From the NCBI RefSeq assembly GCF_018350175.1, contig NC_058378.1, positions 74,462,001-74,526,000 on the forward strand: a stretch of 64,000 bases of DNA, in the 5' to 3' direction. This document shows positions 49,908 through 61,937 of the stretch, one piece after another. Each line of letters begins with the position of its first letter. Positions within the stretch are counted from its first letter, which is position 1. The DNA comes from Felis catus. Its lineage: Eukaryota. The position numbers and the translations under genes were made by a program. The notes beneath the pieces are model-generated. The model ran no database searches. It was not told where the DNA came from and saw only the letters and a list, made by a program, of their open reading frames with translations.

Positions 49908-49947
<40 letters not shown>

Positions 49948-51745
49948 CTGGGCTGAATTCCTCTGAGCGCCGAGAAGTGAATGCTAACATTAAAATGTGA
50001 AAGATCTTTCTTTCCGTGCTGTGCCCTTCTCCAAATCTCCAAAGCATTTGTTTTGTAAAATCTTAAGTGGAAACACATTTCGGTGCCATAATTTCAAACA
50101 AACCATCTCTTTTTGAACTCTGCAGCCTGGATGCGTTAACACAATAGCATATCAAGTTCGCAAAATTTCAGATAAACCACGTCCGAGCAATAAAACAACC
50201 CCCCAAAAGTCTTAATTTTTCCCACATCTCATTTCCTTTTCCCACACCACTTTAAGAAAGCCCAGCTTTGGCATCTCTTGGTAGGGAGAGTTGCAGCAGA
50301 GATGTCCATGGCCGGACGCTGGCTGGGTATCTACTCACAGTTCAGTGTAAGTTACCTTCCCCAGGCACGCTGACAGCGGAGGCAAGGTCCTCTTGACCAC
50401 ACTCACCGTTTTGTGAGGCACTGAGGAGGCAGAAGTGAGTGAGCGGACGCTCCAAGAAATAAATAATGGGATTGAAATTAACTGTCGTTCATACAAGAAC
50501 TCAGTTCAGCCAACCTGCTTTTGCAACTGTCTTCTGAGAGAGAAACATAAAGGTGTAAAAGCATTATGTTACAAGCCCTGCCTTCTGCCTCCACTAGTGG
50601 GCTCAAAACAGTTAAACGTTGCCACGTTGCTTTTTAATGCCAATTTTAAAATACTTAATTTAAAATTCACAAAGTTCGGTTAAGTTCATCCCTTGGAAAC
50701 TCAAGATGGTGATTGGGCTAAATACGACTGCTTTTATGTTGAAAATAGCAGCAAAATAGAATAGCCTGAACAAATGACCTGAATAAATAAAATGACCTGA
50801 AAACAGCCCAGAACATTGCAAACAGGAGTGAGAGAACCCGGGAGAATTCCTCTTTAATCAGGCACCAAAGTGTTTTCGTATTATGCGAAGGCTTTATAAC
50901 TATATTATAGAAGCTTAACATTTAAGTTCATATAGACATTCCTTAGAGCAAAAAGGTGCAAATATCTAAGGGGTAGAGAAAAAAATGATNNNNNNNNNNN
51001 NNNNNNNNNNNNNNNNNNNNNNNNNNNNNNNNNNNNNNNNNNNNNNNNNNNNNNNNNNNNNNNNNNNNNNNNNNNNNNNNNNNNNNNNNNNNNNNNNNNN
51101 NNNNNNNNNNNNNNNNNNNNNNNNNNNNNNNNNNNNNNNNNNNNNNNNNNNNNNNNNNNNNNNNNNNNNNNNNNNNNNNNNNNNNATGAGTGTTTTGCTA
51201 CTTGCTGCCTCTTTTATTCACTGCGCAGAGGGAAGGAATGAAGTTTTTTTGATACTCTCATACCTCGAGTGGTGGATTTGGTGGAGAGCTAAAGCAGATC
51301 TGGGACAAATCTGGAAGGATTCAACAGTCTTAAGCGGGTGGAAGTTTAGACGTTGACAGGCTATGTCCTTTTGAGTCATTCATTCATGCGTTCATTCAGC
51401 CGGTTAATCACCAAATAGCTATTGAAGTACCATTCTCTGTAAAGTATGACAAAATACGTTGTTGCGAACTGAAGAGGACAGAGACTGTGGTCCTGGGCTC
51501 AAGGAGTTTGTGGCCAATAAGAGAGATGGCAGGTATAAATGATCTGCCTCAATGATAGGATAATGTGGTGACATAGAAAGGAATGTCACGTATGAGTTCA
51601 GAGGAGGGAGAGAGTTCTTCTGGCTGATCTAATCAAGGAAACATTCACTTATGCGTCCACTGAGTTAACACATAGACTTGAGGACTATCGTAAGGAAGCT
51701 ACAGGTAAAGAGTCTGTTAAAATTCATTTATCTAAACATTCAACA

Positions 51746-51982
51746 GGGGCGCCTGGGTGGCTCCGTCGGTTAAGCATCCGACTTCGGCTCAGGTCATGAT
51801 CTCACAGTTCGTGAGTTTGAGCCCCGCGTCGGGCTCTGTGCTGACAGCTCGGAGCCTGGAGCCTGCTTCTGATTCTGTGTCTCCCTCTCTCTCTGCCCCT
51901 CCCCTGCTTGGGCTCTCTCTCTCTCTCTGTCTCAAAAATAGATAAACATTAAAAAAAATTTAAAAAAAAACAACAAAAAAAA
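51746..51982 (+). mobile_element. CAN-SINE (SINEC_Fc-like)
   Basis: ggggcgcctgggtggctccgtcggttaagcatccgacttcggctcaggtcatgatc with an A-rich tail. Confidence 0.94.
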
Positions 51983-52171
51983 TTGAACAAATATATATTG
52001 AGGGTCTACTGTATGTCAGGCATTTTTCTGGATTCTGAGGGTTGTTTGAAGAACAGGCCAACCCCTTTCCCTCACAGAGCTTACATCATAATAGGGAGAC
52101 ACTCGATAAACAAGCAAATGCATAATAATATGATTTTAGATAATAAGTACCATGAAGAAGTAAGGTGGTTT

Positions 52172-52383
52172 AGGGGCACCTGGGTGGCTCAGTCAGTTAA
52201 GCGTCTGACTTCGGCTCAGGTCACGATCTCACAGTCCACGAGTTCGAGCCCCACATCGGGCTCTCTGCTGACAGCTCGGAGCCTCGAGCCTGTTTTGGAT
52301 TCTGTGTCTCCCTCTCTCTCCCTGCCCCTCCCCGGCTCATGCTCTGTCTCTCTCTGTCTCAAAAATAAATAAACATTAAAAAC
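52172..52383 (+). mobile_element. CAN-SINE (SINEC_Fc-like)
   Basis: Full element with a degenerate TSD tgaagaagt...tggttta on both flanks. Confidence 0.93.
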
Positions 52384-53084
52384 ATCTTTGAAGAAGTGAA
52401 ATGGTTTAGTAGGATAGATGACAAAAAGACATGGATGGTCATTTTAGATAGGATGTCCAGGGAATGCTCTGGAGGAGAGAGGTCTAATGGACAAAAGAAG
52501 CAGACCATGGGAGAACTTTGGAGAAAAGCCTTTCAAGCAGGGGAAGTGGCAGGTATAAGCACCTGTGAGAGGCAGGAGCTTGGTGCTCTCAAGGAACAGG
52601 TAGGTGGCCTAAGCATCGGGAGCAGGGTGGCCAAGAGGGAGCAGAGTGGAGGTGAAGTTGGGCCAGACCGTTTGGGGCTCAAGGGGAGCCCATTTTGGTA
52701 CCACGCTTAGTCTGAGGACTTGAGAAGCCACTGGCAAGTTTCAATCAGAGATGAGATGGTGGTGAGTTTAAGAGTGCCCTGTAGTGGTTCAAGGAAGAAT
52801 GAAACCAAGGAACTACCCAGAAGGTGAAGGCAGCAGTCTTCAACCAGCCTGAAACCATGTGGTAACAGCTGGTTGGACGAGAAGTGATTAGGGTTGGAGT
52901 AACTTAAAAAGCAGAGAGGAGAAAGCTTTCAGCTGTGAGTGAGGTGGGATACAAAGAGAGGAACCGAGGATAACTCCTAGGGGTTTAGACCAGAGGAATA
53001 CGATGGAGTTTAGCACACTTGATGGAGAGGAGGAAGATGAGAGAAAAAGACTTGAGGGAGGAAATCAAGAACGCTGGTTGGGCA

Positions 53085-53475
53085 TTATGACAGTTCTGGA
53101 GACCAGAAGTCAGAAATCAAGATGTCGGCAGGGTCGTGCTTCCTCTGGAGGCTCTAGGAGAAAATACATCTCTTGCCTCTTCGGCTTCTACTGGTGTCAG
53201 ACGCGCCTCAGCTTGGGACTGCGTAACTTCTACCTTCTTCCTCCACCTTTACACAACCTTCGGCCCTGTGTCCTTGTCTTCTGTTTATCTCTTACGAAAG
53301 AACAGTTGTCATTGGGTTGAGGACACACTCAGCTAATCCAGGATGGTCACATCTTGAGACCTTTAGCTTAATCAGGTTGGCAGAGAAACTTTCTTCCAAA
53401 TAAGAAGACATTGGCAGTTTCTGAAGGTTAGGATGTGGACCTGTCTCTTTGGGGACCACCATGCAACCCACTACA
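53085..53475 (-). mobile_element. MLT1-type (ERVL-MaLR) LTR
   Basis: acagttctggagaccagaagtcagaaatcaagatgtcggcagggtcgtgcttcctctggaggctctagg...gcaacccactaca. Confidence 0.8.
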
Positions 53476-54020
53476 GGCATATTAAGAAAAAGATGCCTAT
53501 TCGACATCTAAATGGAAATGTCTAACAGCAATTGGATAGAGCATTTCGGAGTTCAGGGTAAAGGTCAGGTCTGGAGATACGCATTTGGGCGTCATCAGCA
53601 TATAAATGTAGTTAAAGCCCTGAGGCTAGATGGCCTCCTCTGGGGGGAGGTGAAGACAAAGAAGAGAAGGCGGCTGAGGACTCTGACTCCAACGCTTAGA
53701 GGTCTGGTAGAGGAGCCAAGCTGGCTGAGAAGGGACGGAGAATGAGGTAGGAAGAAAACCGAGACAGGTTAGTGTCCCCGAAGCCAAGTGAGTAAGGCGT
53801 TTCAAGGTGGAAGTTGTGGCCAGCAGTGTCAGATGTTGCTGAGAAGTCTAGGAATGTGAAAACTGCAGATTCATCCCTGGGCTTGGCAAGATGGCAACTT
53901 TGGTGTGTGTGGCTTCAGAAGGGTGGTGGGGATGAAAGCCTTAGTGGCACGGATTACAGATACAACGTGAGATGAAGAGAGGGAGAGTGTGGGTCAACTT
54001 GTCTCAATCAAAGAAATAGT

Positions 54021-54238
54021 GGGGCACCTGGGTGGCTCAGTCAGTCAAGCATCCAACTTCAGCTCAGGTCACGATCCCATGGTTTGTGAGTTCCAGTCCC
54101 GCGTCGGGCTCTGTGCGGACAGCTCGGAGCCTGGAACCTGCTTCGGATTCTATGTCTCCCTCTCTCTTTGCCCCTCCCCTGCTCATATTCTGTCTCTCTA
54201 TCTCTCTCAAAAATAAAGAAACATTAAAAAAAAAAAAG
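54021..54238 (+). mobile_element. CAN-SINE (SINEC_Fc-like)
   Basis: Full head, body and tail. Confidence 0.92.
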
Positions 54239-54778
54239 ACATAGAGTATATCATGAGAGAAATGGAGGGCAACCAAGACTTGAGTGGGCGGTCAAAGGAT
54301 TCCAGGGGAACTGACCTATAAGTTGAGGCCTGAAGGCTGAGTACAAGTTAACCAGTTGGGAAAAAAAGGGGAGTGGGGGGAGTTTTCTAGACATAGAGGA
54401 CATAAGAAGTCAGCAACAGGTTTTAAGGAGGGCAGTGATATGAACAAATTTGTATTTTAGAAACATTACTGTGGTCAATGATGAGTAGTAAATGAACCAG
54501 AGACTGAAAGCAAGAAGAACAAGGAGTCATGCTCCAATTCAGGTCATACCTAGTGGCAGCCTGTACCGGGAAAGAGGTGGCAGATAAGGGTGATATTAAT
54601 AATTCTTAACAATCAGTGCTTTAGGGCCACTGGCCAATCAACATGAACACTGGCTGTAACACCCCCTGTGGCTGTGGTGGCCTGTACCCGCCTGCCTGTG
54701 TACGTGGCAAAGACTGGATAGATCCTAGAACAATTTAGAGGTTAGTGTTGACAAGCTTGTTTCATTGATTAGATGAAA

Positions 54779-54783
<5 letters not shown>

Positions 54784-54821
<38 letters not shown>
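54784..54821. repeat. (GA)n microsatellite
   Basis: Read directly. Confidence 0.9.
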
Positions 54822-54823
<2 letters not shown>

Positions 54824-55989
54824 AGGGCAAGCGTGGTCCTGGAGGAGGGAAGGTGGCACTGTTTAACAAGGTAAGGAGCTCAGCAGGAAGTGTAGTTTGG
54901 TGAGGGGGAGGGGGTGTTGAGTTGCATGAGTCAAGCTGAAATTCAAGATGCTTTGAAGGCATGCAAGTGCCTTCAAATTCAAATCCACTGGGCCAGAGCG
55001 GAGGGTGGGGGGAGACTGACATGGATATGAAACATGGATTTGGGAGTCATTAGCATAGAGGAATGGCGGTAGAAGCCAGAAGAAGGAACGAGGAGGAGAA
55101 CAAAGGAGTCAGAAGTGAAGGAGACCATCTAGGCAGAAGAAAAAGAAGTGGGGGGTGGTGAGGAAGGGTGAGGGGAGAGGAAGGGGACAGAGAAGTAGGA
55201 CAAAAGCCAGGAGAATGCATTGCCAAAGAAGCAAGTGGAAGAAAGGGTGTTGGGAAGGAGGAAATGGTCCCAGAAATCTAGAGCTGCAGAGAGGTTAAGA
55301 CAGGGAAGGAGGGAAATCCCAGACCAAGAAGGTGGAGCCAACAGTGAGGTTATTGACAAGCTTGGGAAGAGCCCTTACAGAGTCGTGGTGGGGGTGGGGC
55401 CTGGAAACCAGAGGGTGAGAAAGTGACCCATGGGGGGTGAGTACACAGAGATAGTGAAGGGAGAAGCTCTTTCAAGGGAAGTTGGGGAGACAAAAGCAAG
55501 TTGTATCTAGAAGGGAATGTGGAGCTGGGGGAGACCTGAGCATGTTTAAATGCTCCCTGCACTCCATACTTTTTATGCATAGAAGGAAAAGTGAATAAAG
55601 AGGCTGAAGACTTTGAGACGCTGCGAGAAGAGAGGACAGCCCTTGGAGAGGAAGAGAACTGCCTCCTCTCTTGCAACTAAGGGGAAGAAGCCAAGGACGA
55701 TTGCCAAGATAGATGTGAAAGTTACGCGGCAGAAATTGAGGGCGTCACTATCTTGTGCCTTATTTTTTCAGAGCCGCATTGAAGAGAAGCTCAGTCTAGG
55801 TGGATGAATCAGCCTTTGGCCCCCATCCCTCCGTTAGAACTGCCCTTGTCAAGGTCACCATGACCTCCAGTGTTGCTGAAGGTTAATCCTTAGCCCTCAT
55901 CTTACTTATTAGCATCACTTGACACAATTTATCATTTCCCTTTCCCTGAAACGCTGTCTTTCCTAGCTGTACCAGGTATATTTTGTGCA

Positions 55990-56490
55990 TTACTTCAAAC
56001 TGTCTGGGCCCCCTTCTTCCTCTAACCATTGCTCTGGGGAACAGTTACGTGAAGTTTTCAACCAGTCTTGTGCACGTATGAACCGACCATGTCTTGCCTC
56101 CCATGCTTCCTGCCCTCGGGTTTCTCCAACACCGTGGAGTTGGACACCCTACAGAAACCAGGTGGAACTAACACATGCATGATCCAGGAGCGGAAGGGAG
56201 TTAACATTCCTTGGAGCGATCTCTGACTAACCAAGGAGAGGAGCCAAAGAGTCGATGCTTTTTCCATTCTTTCCTGAGCAGACACTTTGGAGATGCATTT
56301 CCTAAGGCTTTTGTGAAGCTCCTACTGGATTGAGTCATCCAGAATAGTTTTCCCCTACTCCTCTGTTTTGCTATCCTTATGCCTTACTCCCGCTTCATGG
56401 AGTTCACATTCCAAAATAAACCACCTACAATAGGCCTTTTTTTTTTTTTTTATCAGTTTCTTCTTTAAGGGAGTCTAGGCTAAGATTCTT
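55990..56490 (+). mobile_element. ERVL LTR remnant (LTR16/LTR33-like)
   Basis: gcatgatccaggagcggaagggagttaac...gacactttggagatgcatttc...ccaaaataaaccacctaca. Family assignment is from recall. Confidence 0.5.
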
Positions 56491-57199
56491 GATGTAAGGC
56501 AGAGGTATAAACAAACCCAAATGCATAAACTAAACAGATATCTTTATAGTTCTGTCCCTTCACAAACAGAACCTGGGTCTAATTTTAAGCAATCTCTTCT
56601 GTGGCTGTGTAAGATGTAGGGCTTCCTGATGTGCCAGGGAACCCCTCAGGATCTCACTATATGCCTTAAATTGATAGTTAATGACCCGAGCTTCTTATTT
56701 ATTCCCCTTTCCCAGATTTCTAAAAGTACTTCACAAAGGCCAGGCCACTCCATAACCTATCTAATTATTATTGGCCCCATAACACTCAAGTGCCACAAAT
56801 AACTTTCGCCTGTATCTACATCCAGGGGGTTATCACCACCCTACTTACCACAAACAATGGGATTCTTATTCTCATATGGCTAGTGAATGAAACCCAAAAT
56901 CCTGCCCTGAGGGTCTGCTTCCTAGGGTCCCTCTTGATAACAGGAGTCTTGGCCTGTGTCTTTGAAAGACACACCCGAAACAAAAGCTTATGGTAGGGGG
57001 CTTATTTTGAAATGTGATATCCTGGAATCAGGAGTTAGGGAGAAGGATGGAAAAACAGGGGAGGAGGGAAAAATCACTATGGATGACTCAATCCTGTAGG
57101 ACCTTCATAGAAATCTAATGAAATGTGTCTCCAGACTATTCACTCAGGAAAAACATTTGACTGGAAGGATGATAGGAGATATCCCCGGGGGAGTTGCTA

Positions 57200-58345
57200 G
57201 AGTTACACTCAACGATTTAAAGCCGCAACACTCGTGGTGTCCATTATATCCCTGTGCAAAATGATGGTGTTCCCTTCAGATCTTCTTAACTCTCTCCCTC
57301 CTTTGTGCACTCCACCTCACAGATTGGTGTGTTTTTGACTCTAACACCCAGCACTGGAAGTTCTTCCTTGGAGCACGGCCCTGGGGTTACAGAAAGCTGT
57401 ATTGTCTGCAGGTGATAAGAGCTGGAAATGCCTGAGAGTTTATTTTCTCCACTAAGGCCCCAACTATGGGACAACCGATCTGGAGCTTGGGCCAAATGTA
57501 ACAAACCTAATCTCAAGGCACAATCTGAAGTTCACAAAGTAGATGTCTGAAGTTCTGGACCAAGGTCCTGCCTTCGGTGACAGAGAACCACTTGTAAATT
57601 AGCTCCTGGAAGCGATACTTGGTCCTTGGAGAGATTGAGCACTTGACTGTGCTGTGGGACACCAAGGGACTGAGCACTTGACTGTGCTGTGGGACACCAA
57701 GGGACTGTGCACATGGAACCGTCCGTCATAATCTAGATCCTGTGTCGTAAGCTAGGTGGGCCTAGTAGCAGTCCATTGTATAATGAAATGGTACCCTTGG
57801 GATCAGGACAAGTACATTTGGGATCGTGTCTGGAAGACACAAGTATATTGGATAAACGTGGCATTCACCTTTGCTGTGCCAACTCCCGTCCTTCGACTCA
57901 CACCTAGGACAGCAGGGGGTGGAGGAGGGTAATGTGTGACCTGTTTTCAGGAAAAAATGCAAGATTAGTTCACACACGGGTTTGCATGATATATGAGAGT
58001 TAGCCTAAAGTCCGTGGAGCAGGAAAATTCTTCCAGTGGGTACAGCTGTAAGCCGTGTACTTGACTATCCAATTTGTATGGGGGCAGAATTGCCCTGACA
58101 TATGGATATACACAAACTTTTTGGCAGAAGCAAATAGCTTCACTATGTGTCAGGAGTCTCAAATGAGTAAAACCAGAAGATTGGAAGCCCAAAAGTCGGG
58201 AAGGGGCATGTGGATGGACCTTGGTCTCACAGCGATGTCCACCAGCTAGAACTCACTGCAGAGGAAAGAGTTGACAGCTGGAATGACAAAAAGCTGGTCC
58301 TGTGCCTGCCAGGCAGCTTCTTTATTTGGCCACCTGGTGCTGAGA
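57200..58345 (+). mobile_element. ERVL/MaLR internal (pol/RNase H-like) remnant, non-coding
   Basis: ttctggaccaaggtcctgcc...agctcctggaagcgatacttggtccttggagagattgagcacttgac...ggcctagtagcagtccattgtataatgaaatggtac resembles decayed ERVL pol. No long ORF remains. Confidence 0.6.
57636..57705. repeat. Perfect 35-bp tandem duplication
   Basis: tgagcacttgactgtgctgtgggacaccaagggac at 57636-57670 and 57671-57705. Confidence 0.95.
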
Positions 58346-58499
58346 CAAGTCAGTGAAATGGGGATGGGTGGCGGGGGGGGGGGGGGGGTAGAGCACAGTG
58401 GCAGAAATGGATCCTAAGCATGGGACATGTAGCATAAACTTCCTGTCATCAAGTCTTACCTCGCTACTGCCATTTAAACTTGATATTATCCATCTCTCT

Positions 58500-58651
58500 T
58501 CACTAGCATAGAAGCTCCATGAGTATAGGTATTTTCGTCTTTTGTTCATCGTCCACCTCCTGGAACGATGCCTTGCATATAATACGGTTTCAACAAATGT
58601 TCATTGAATGAATGAGTGAATGAATGAATGATATGATATGATATGATATGA
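58500..58651 (+). mobile_element. L2 3' end with (TGAA)n tail followed by (GATAT)n
   Basis: ctagcatagaagctccatgag...aaatgttcattgaatgaatgagtgaatgaatgaatgatatgatatgatatg. Confidence 0.75.
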
Positions 58652-60548
58652 TTTGTTTATGCAGCCATCAATATCAAGAGGGCAGTCTGGGTGGGAGAAA
58701 CAGCTTAGGCAGGGACCAGAAGGCAAGAATTTACAGGCATTGCTTAAGGAATAATGATTTTTTTCCTTTAGAATAATTTGACTTGCAGGCTACTTTTTCT
58801 ACAGAACCTTCAGTGAACCTCATTGTACGACAGCTTACAATCCGAATGTTTTCAAAGGGATGAAGGTGGAATTCAGCCCATAGGAATTTCATTTTGGCAC
58901 ATACCAAAACTTTGCCCAACTTCAGAAAGGCTTCCAGAATAACTCCTACCACTCTCTGACAGAACATATGGTGTCATTAGATGGCTGAATTGGACAAAAT
59001 ACCCTGCTATTAAGGGAAACCTATCCTTTTCTTGTATCACTCAACTTAGCTGATACCATTTCTCCAAACACACTGATTATTCACTTCTCCCCATTGCCTG
59101 GGCTAGCAATTCCTTAGGATACTAATAACAGAACTTTAATAAGGATAAGCAAAATAATTTTTAGGGTTAAAAAATTAAACACACAAGAGAAAATCCAAGC
59201 TTCTATAACTTAACTGTTTTCCAGAATCCCCTAGCAGACGATAGATGTGATAAGCCATAGTAAATTCTTTCATGACAGCGTCTGTCAAATGTTCTACGGC
59301 CTTGGAACAGATCTGTCTTGTATTTATTTTTACTCAGGGACTACATCTTCGGCATTGTTCAGAAATACCAGGTCAACTTGCATTCCTTAAAGAACTACAT
59401 TTCTGTCAAAAATTTAGCACACTGGCTTGAGACCCATCATCTGGTAAGAAGCAGATTCTCTGTCCTCTAGGTTGGGTGGTGTTCCTCGAGTGGAGTTTGA
59501 GAGCTTGTCGGCCCTCTTGGAGGACGACGGGATTGTTGACCTCCTGTAGCTATGCCTCTGTTGGAGGCTGTGCTTTCAAACTGCCTTCCTCCTCTCTGGG
59601 CCCTTCTCCCTACCTGCCCCTCCTGTTTAACTCAGTTAATTAATCCCCAGGGCTCCTGAGAAGACTCACCACATCTCCCCTTCCATTCACCTTTTTTGCA
59701 AGGCAGGAAGTACAAATGAATGTTGGCTAGAATTGATCAATCCCGGGGTTATTTCGTGATGTAATTCCAGACCCTTCCAATAGAAAAATGAAGTGGAAGG
59801 TTCTGAGGCCTTTAGCAGCCTATTTGAGTCAGAGGTATGGCAAAATAAGACGGAACGAGGATGATAGGTAAGCTGTTAACATTTCTCCAATAGGAAGAAG
59901 TGCATCTCATCATTTTTATGGCATTGGATGGACATTATTGCAGCAATAGCATATCTGTGTATACCACACACGTTCTTATGTACTTTACTTCAAAGGGAAA
60001 ACGCATGTCACTGTAATGTGCTTATTGGTTGGTATGATTCTCTTTACTTTGGCTAAGGCCCTAAAGAACAAAGGGCCATCCTTCTGTAGCGAGGAGCCGT
60101 CAGTGGATCATTCAGCATGGAATAATAATTTCTTTCTGCAGCTAGAGCACTTGTGTGTATTTTCGCTTGGTTACGTAAACTACTCTGGAAATATAAAAGT
60201 AATTTGTAAAGGCAAATTGTCCGCCGTTGTTGCAAAGCACTCTGTGGGGCAAGCACATAGCTCCTGCTTCCTGCCTAAGCGTTCCGAACAGAGATCTCCA
60301 AGATCTCCAACATTTAGAGCAATCTGACTTTGTTTGTGGGTTTGGTTTGGCTGTGAGACAAATACCTAACTTTTCTTCTATTCCATTCCTATACCTCACA
60401 GACTGGAGGCATTTCTCTTAAGCAATAAATATCCACATAGGGTTTTGTTTATCAGTCAGTTGAACAAATGGAAAGATATTGTTGGTTACTCAGTTACTTA
60501 TTATTAACTGGCTTTATTGTTAGACATGGAGGATATTGTTAGTCATGG

Positions 60549-60572
60549 ACACACACACACACACACACACAC
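60549..60572. repeat. (AC)n microsatellite
   Basis: Read directly. Confidence 0.85.
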
Positions 60573-60690
60573 TCACGTCCATTTTAAAGCTTTAATGCTA
60601 GAGGTGAATGTAGGGCTTTTGTAGTTTAATTAATTTATTTTGCAAATGGGGAGATTAACTCCAACAGGATGTAAATTATTTGCCCAATGC

Positions 60691-60903
60691 GGGGTGCCTG
60701 GGTGGCTCAGTCGGTTGAGCAACCGACTTCGGCTCAGGTCACGATCTCACGGTTTGTGAGTTCGAGCCCCGCGTCGGGCTCTGTGCTGACAGCTCAGAGC
60801 CTGGAGCCTGCTTCGGATTCTGTGTCTCCCTCTCTCTCTGCTCCTCCCCCACTCATGCTCTCTCTCTGTCTCAGAAATAAATAAACATTAAAAAAATTTT
60901 TAA
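60691..60903 (+). mobile_element. CAN-SINE with 18-bp perfect TSD, inserted in a MIR-like remnant
   Basis: TSD aaattatttgcccaatgc at 60673-60690 and 60904-60921. Confidence 0.95.
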
Positions 60904-61680
60904 AAATTATTTGCCCAATGCTTTAGAACTAATTGGCCATAACGTCAGAATTAGGACCCAGGCTTCCGGACTCCAGTAGTGTTTTTCTCCAATCTATGGG
61001 CAGGGAAAATGGAAACCATGACCTCAGATGACTTAATTCTTCAGAGAGCCTTCTTACATCATGATGTTATTATGCCAATAAAGATACAAGCATTCGTTCT
61101 TATTATTGCCTCTCCTTTTTTCATCTCTGCTTTCGGATGTATCTAAGTAAATGTCCTCGGGACAGCCATCAGATTGTGGCTCCCTTCTTAGATATTGGTG
61201 GTAACAGCATTCAAGGTTTAGAATTTAAGGTATATGAGATCCAGAAATATTCCTCCGGTAAGAGACTTTTGTAAGAAAACACAATGATTTTTGATGTAAT
61301 AACTGTTACCATGGCTGTTATCAAACTTGACAACACACTAGTAAAATTTCTACTTAACCATATCATCCAGATATTCAGTCTTCTTTGCAGAACAGAGCAC
61401 ATTTGTATCCATTTTGGCCATTTCAGAAACATCAATAATTCTGAGTGTAACCATGCTCAGTTTCCCTCAGTCAGAGAGTTGATAGGTATTTAAAGGCTGG
61501 AAAACATTGGGAGGTGGGGGAAAGGGAGGCCATCCTCAGAGCTTAAGTGTAAACTTGACGGAGAGACAGAAAGAATATTAGGATAGATGCCAGAAAGTTA
61601 AAGGAGAGTACATGGGTGTGCAGACATTATTGTCCTTCGCCAACCATCACGTTGAGCTTACTTATCAAAAGTAAAAGAGC

Positions 61681-61885
61681 GGGGCACCTGGGTGGCTCAG
61701 TCAGTTGAGCGTCTTGATTTTGACTCAGGTCATGATCTCACAGTTGTGGGATGGAGTCCCGCATCTGGCTAGGCACTGAAGGTGGAGACTGCTTGGGATC
61801 CTCTCTCTCCCTCTCTCTCTGCCCCTTCCCCACTCGCATGTGCTCTCTCTTTCAATATACATAAACAAGCATTCAAAAAAAAATT
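61681..61885 (+). mobile_element. Older, diverged CAN-SINE
   Basis: ggggcacctgggtggctcagtcagttgagcgtcttgattttgactcaggtcatgatctc...ctgcttgggatcctctctctccc. Confidence 0.85.
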
Positions 61886-61937
61886 GAAGAGAAGGGCCAT
61901 CTACATTCAAGGAATATTCTATCCTTAAACTTCAAGA

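Larger units (their letters stand above)
51720..55800 (-). mobile_element. Fragmented L2 remnants interrupted by SINEs, an MLT LTR and a (GA)n repeat
   Basis: attcatttatctaaacattcaaca...aatatatattgagggtctactgtatgtcaggc is an antisense L2 3' end. ggagttcagggtaaaggtcaggtctggagatacgcatttgggcgtcatcagcatat is L2 body. Confidence 0.65.

Noticed and set aside
35158-57705. Tandem duplications as a CRISPR-like or other repeat-array system
   Set aside because: Each has only two adjacent copies with no spacers, in mammalian DNA; these are ordinary microduplications.
58326-58343. CTCF-like motif tggccacctggtgctgag
   Set aside because: It mismatches the GGC core of the consensus and lies in an ERVL remnant; too weak to call.
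30181-59470. Good plus-strand splice acceptors at 30202, 49575 and 59470 as possible CASC2-like exons
   Set aside because: Pyrimidine tract plus AG motifs are common by chance over 50 kb. Without transcript data or a CASC2 alignment I cannot support exon calls.
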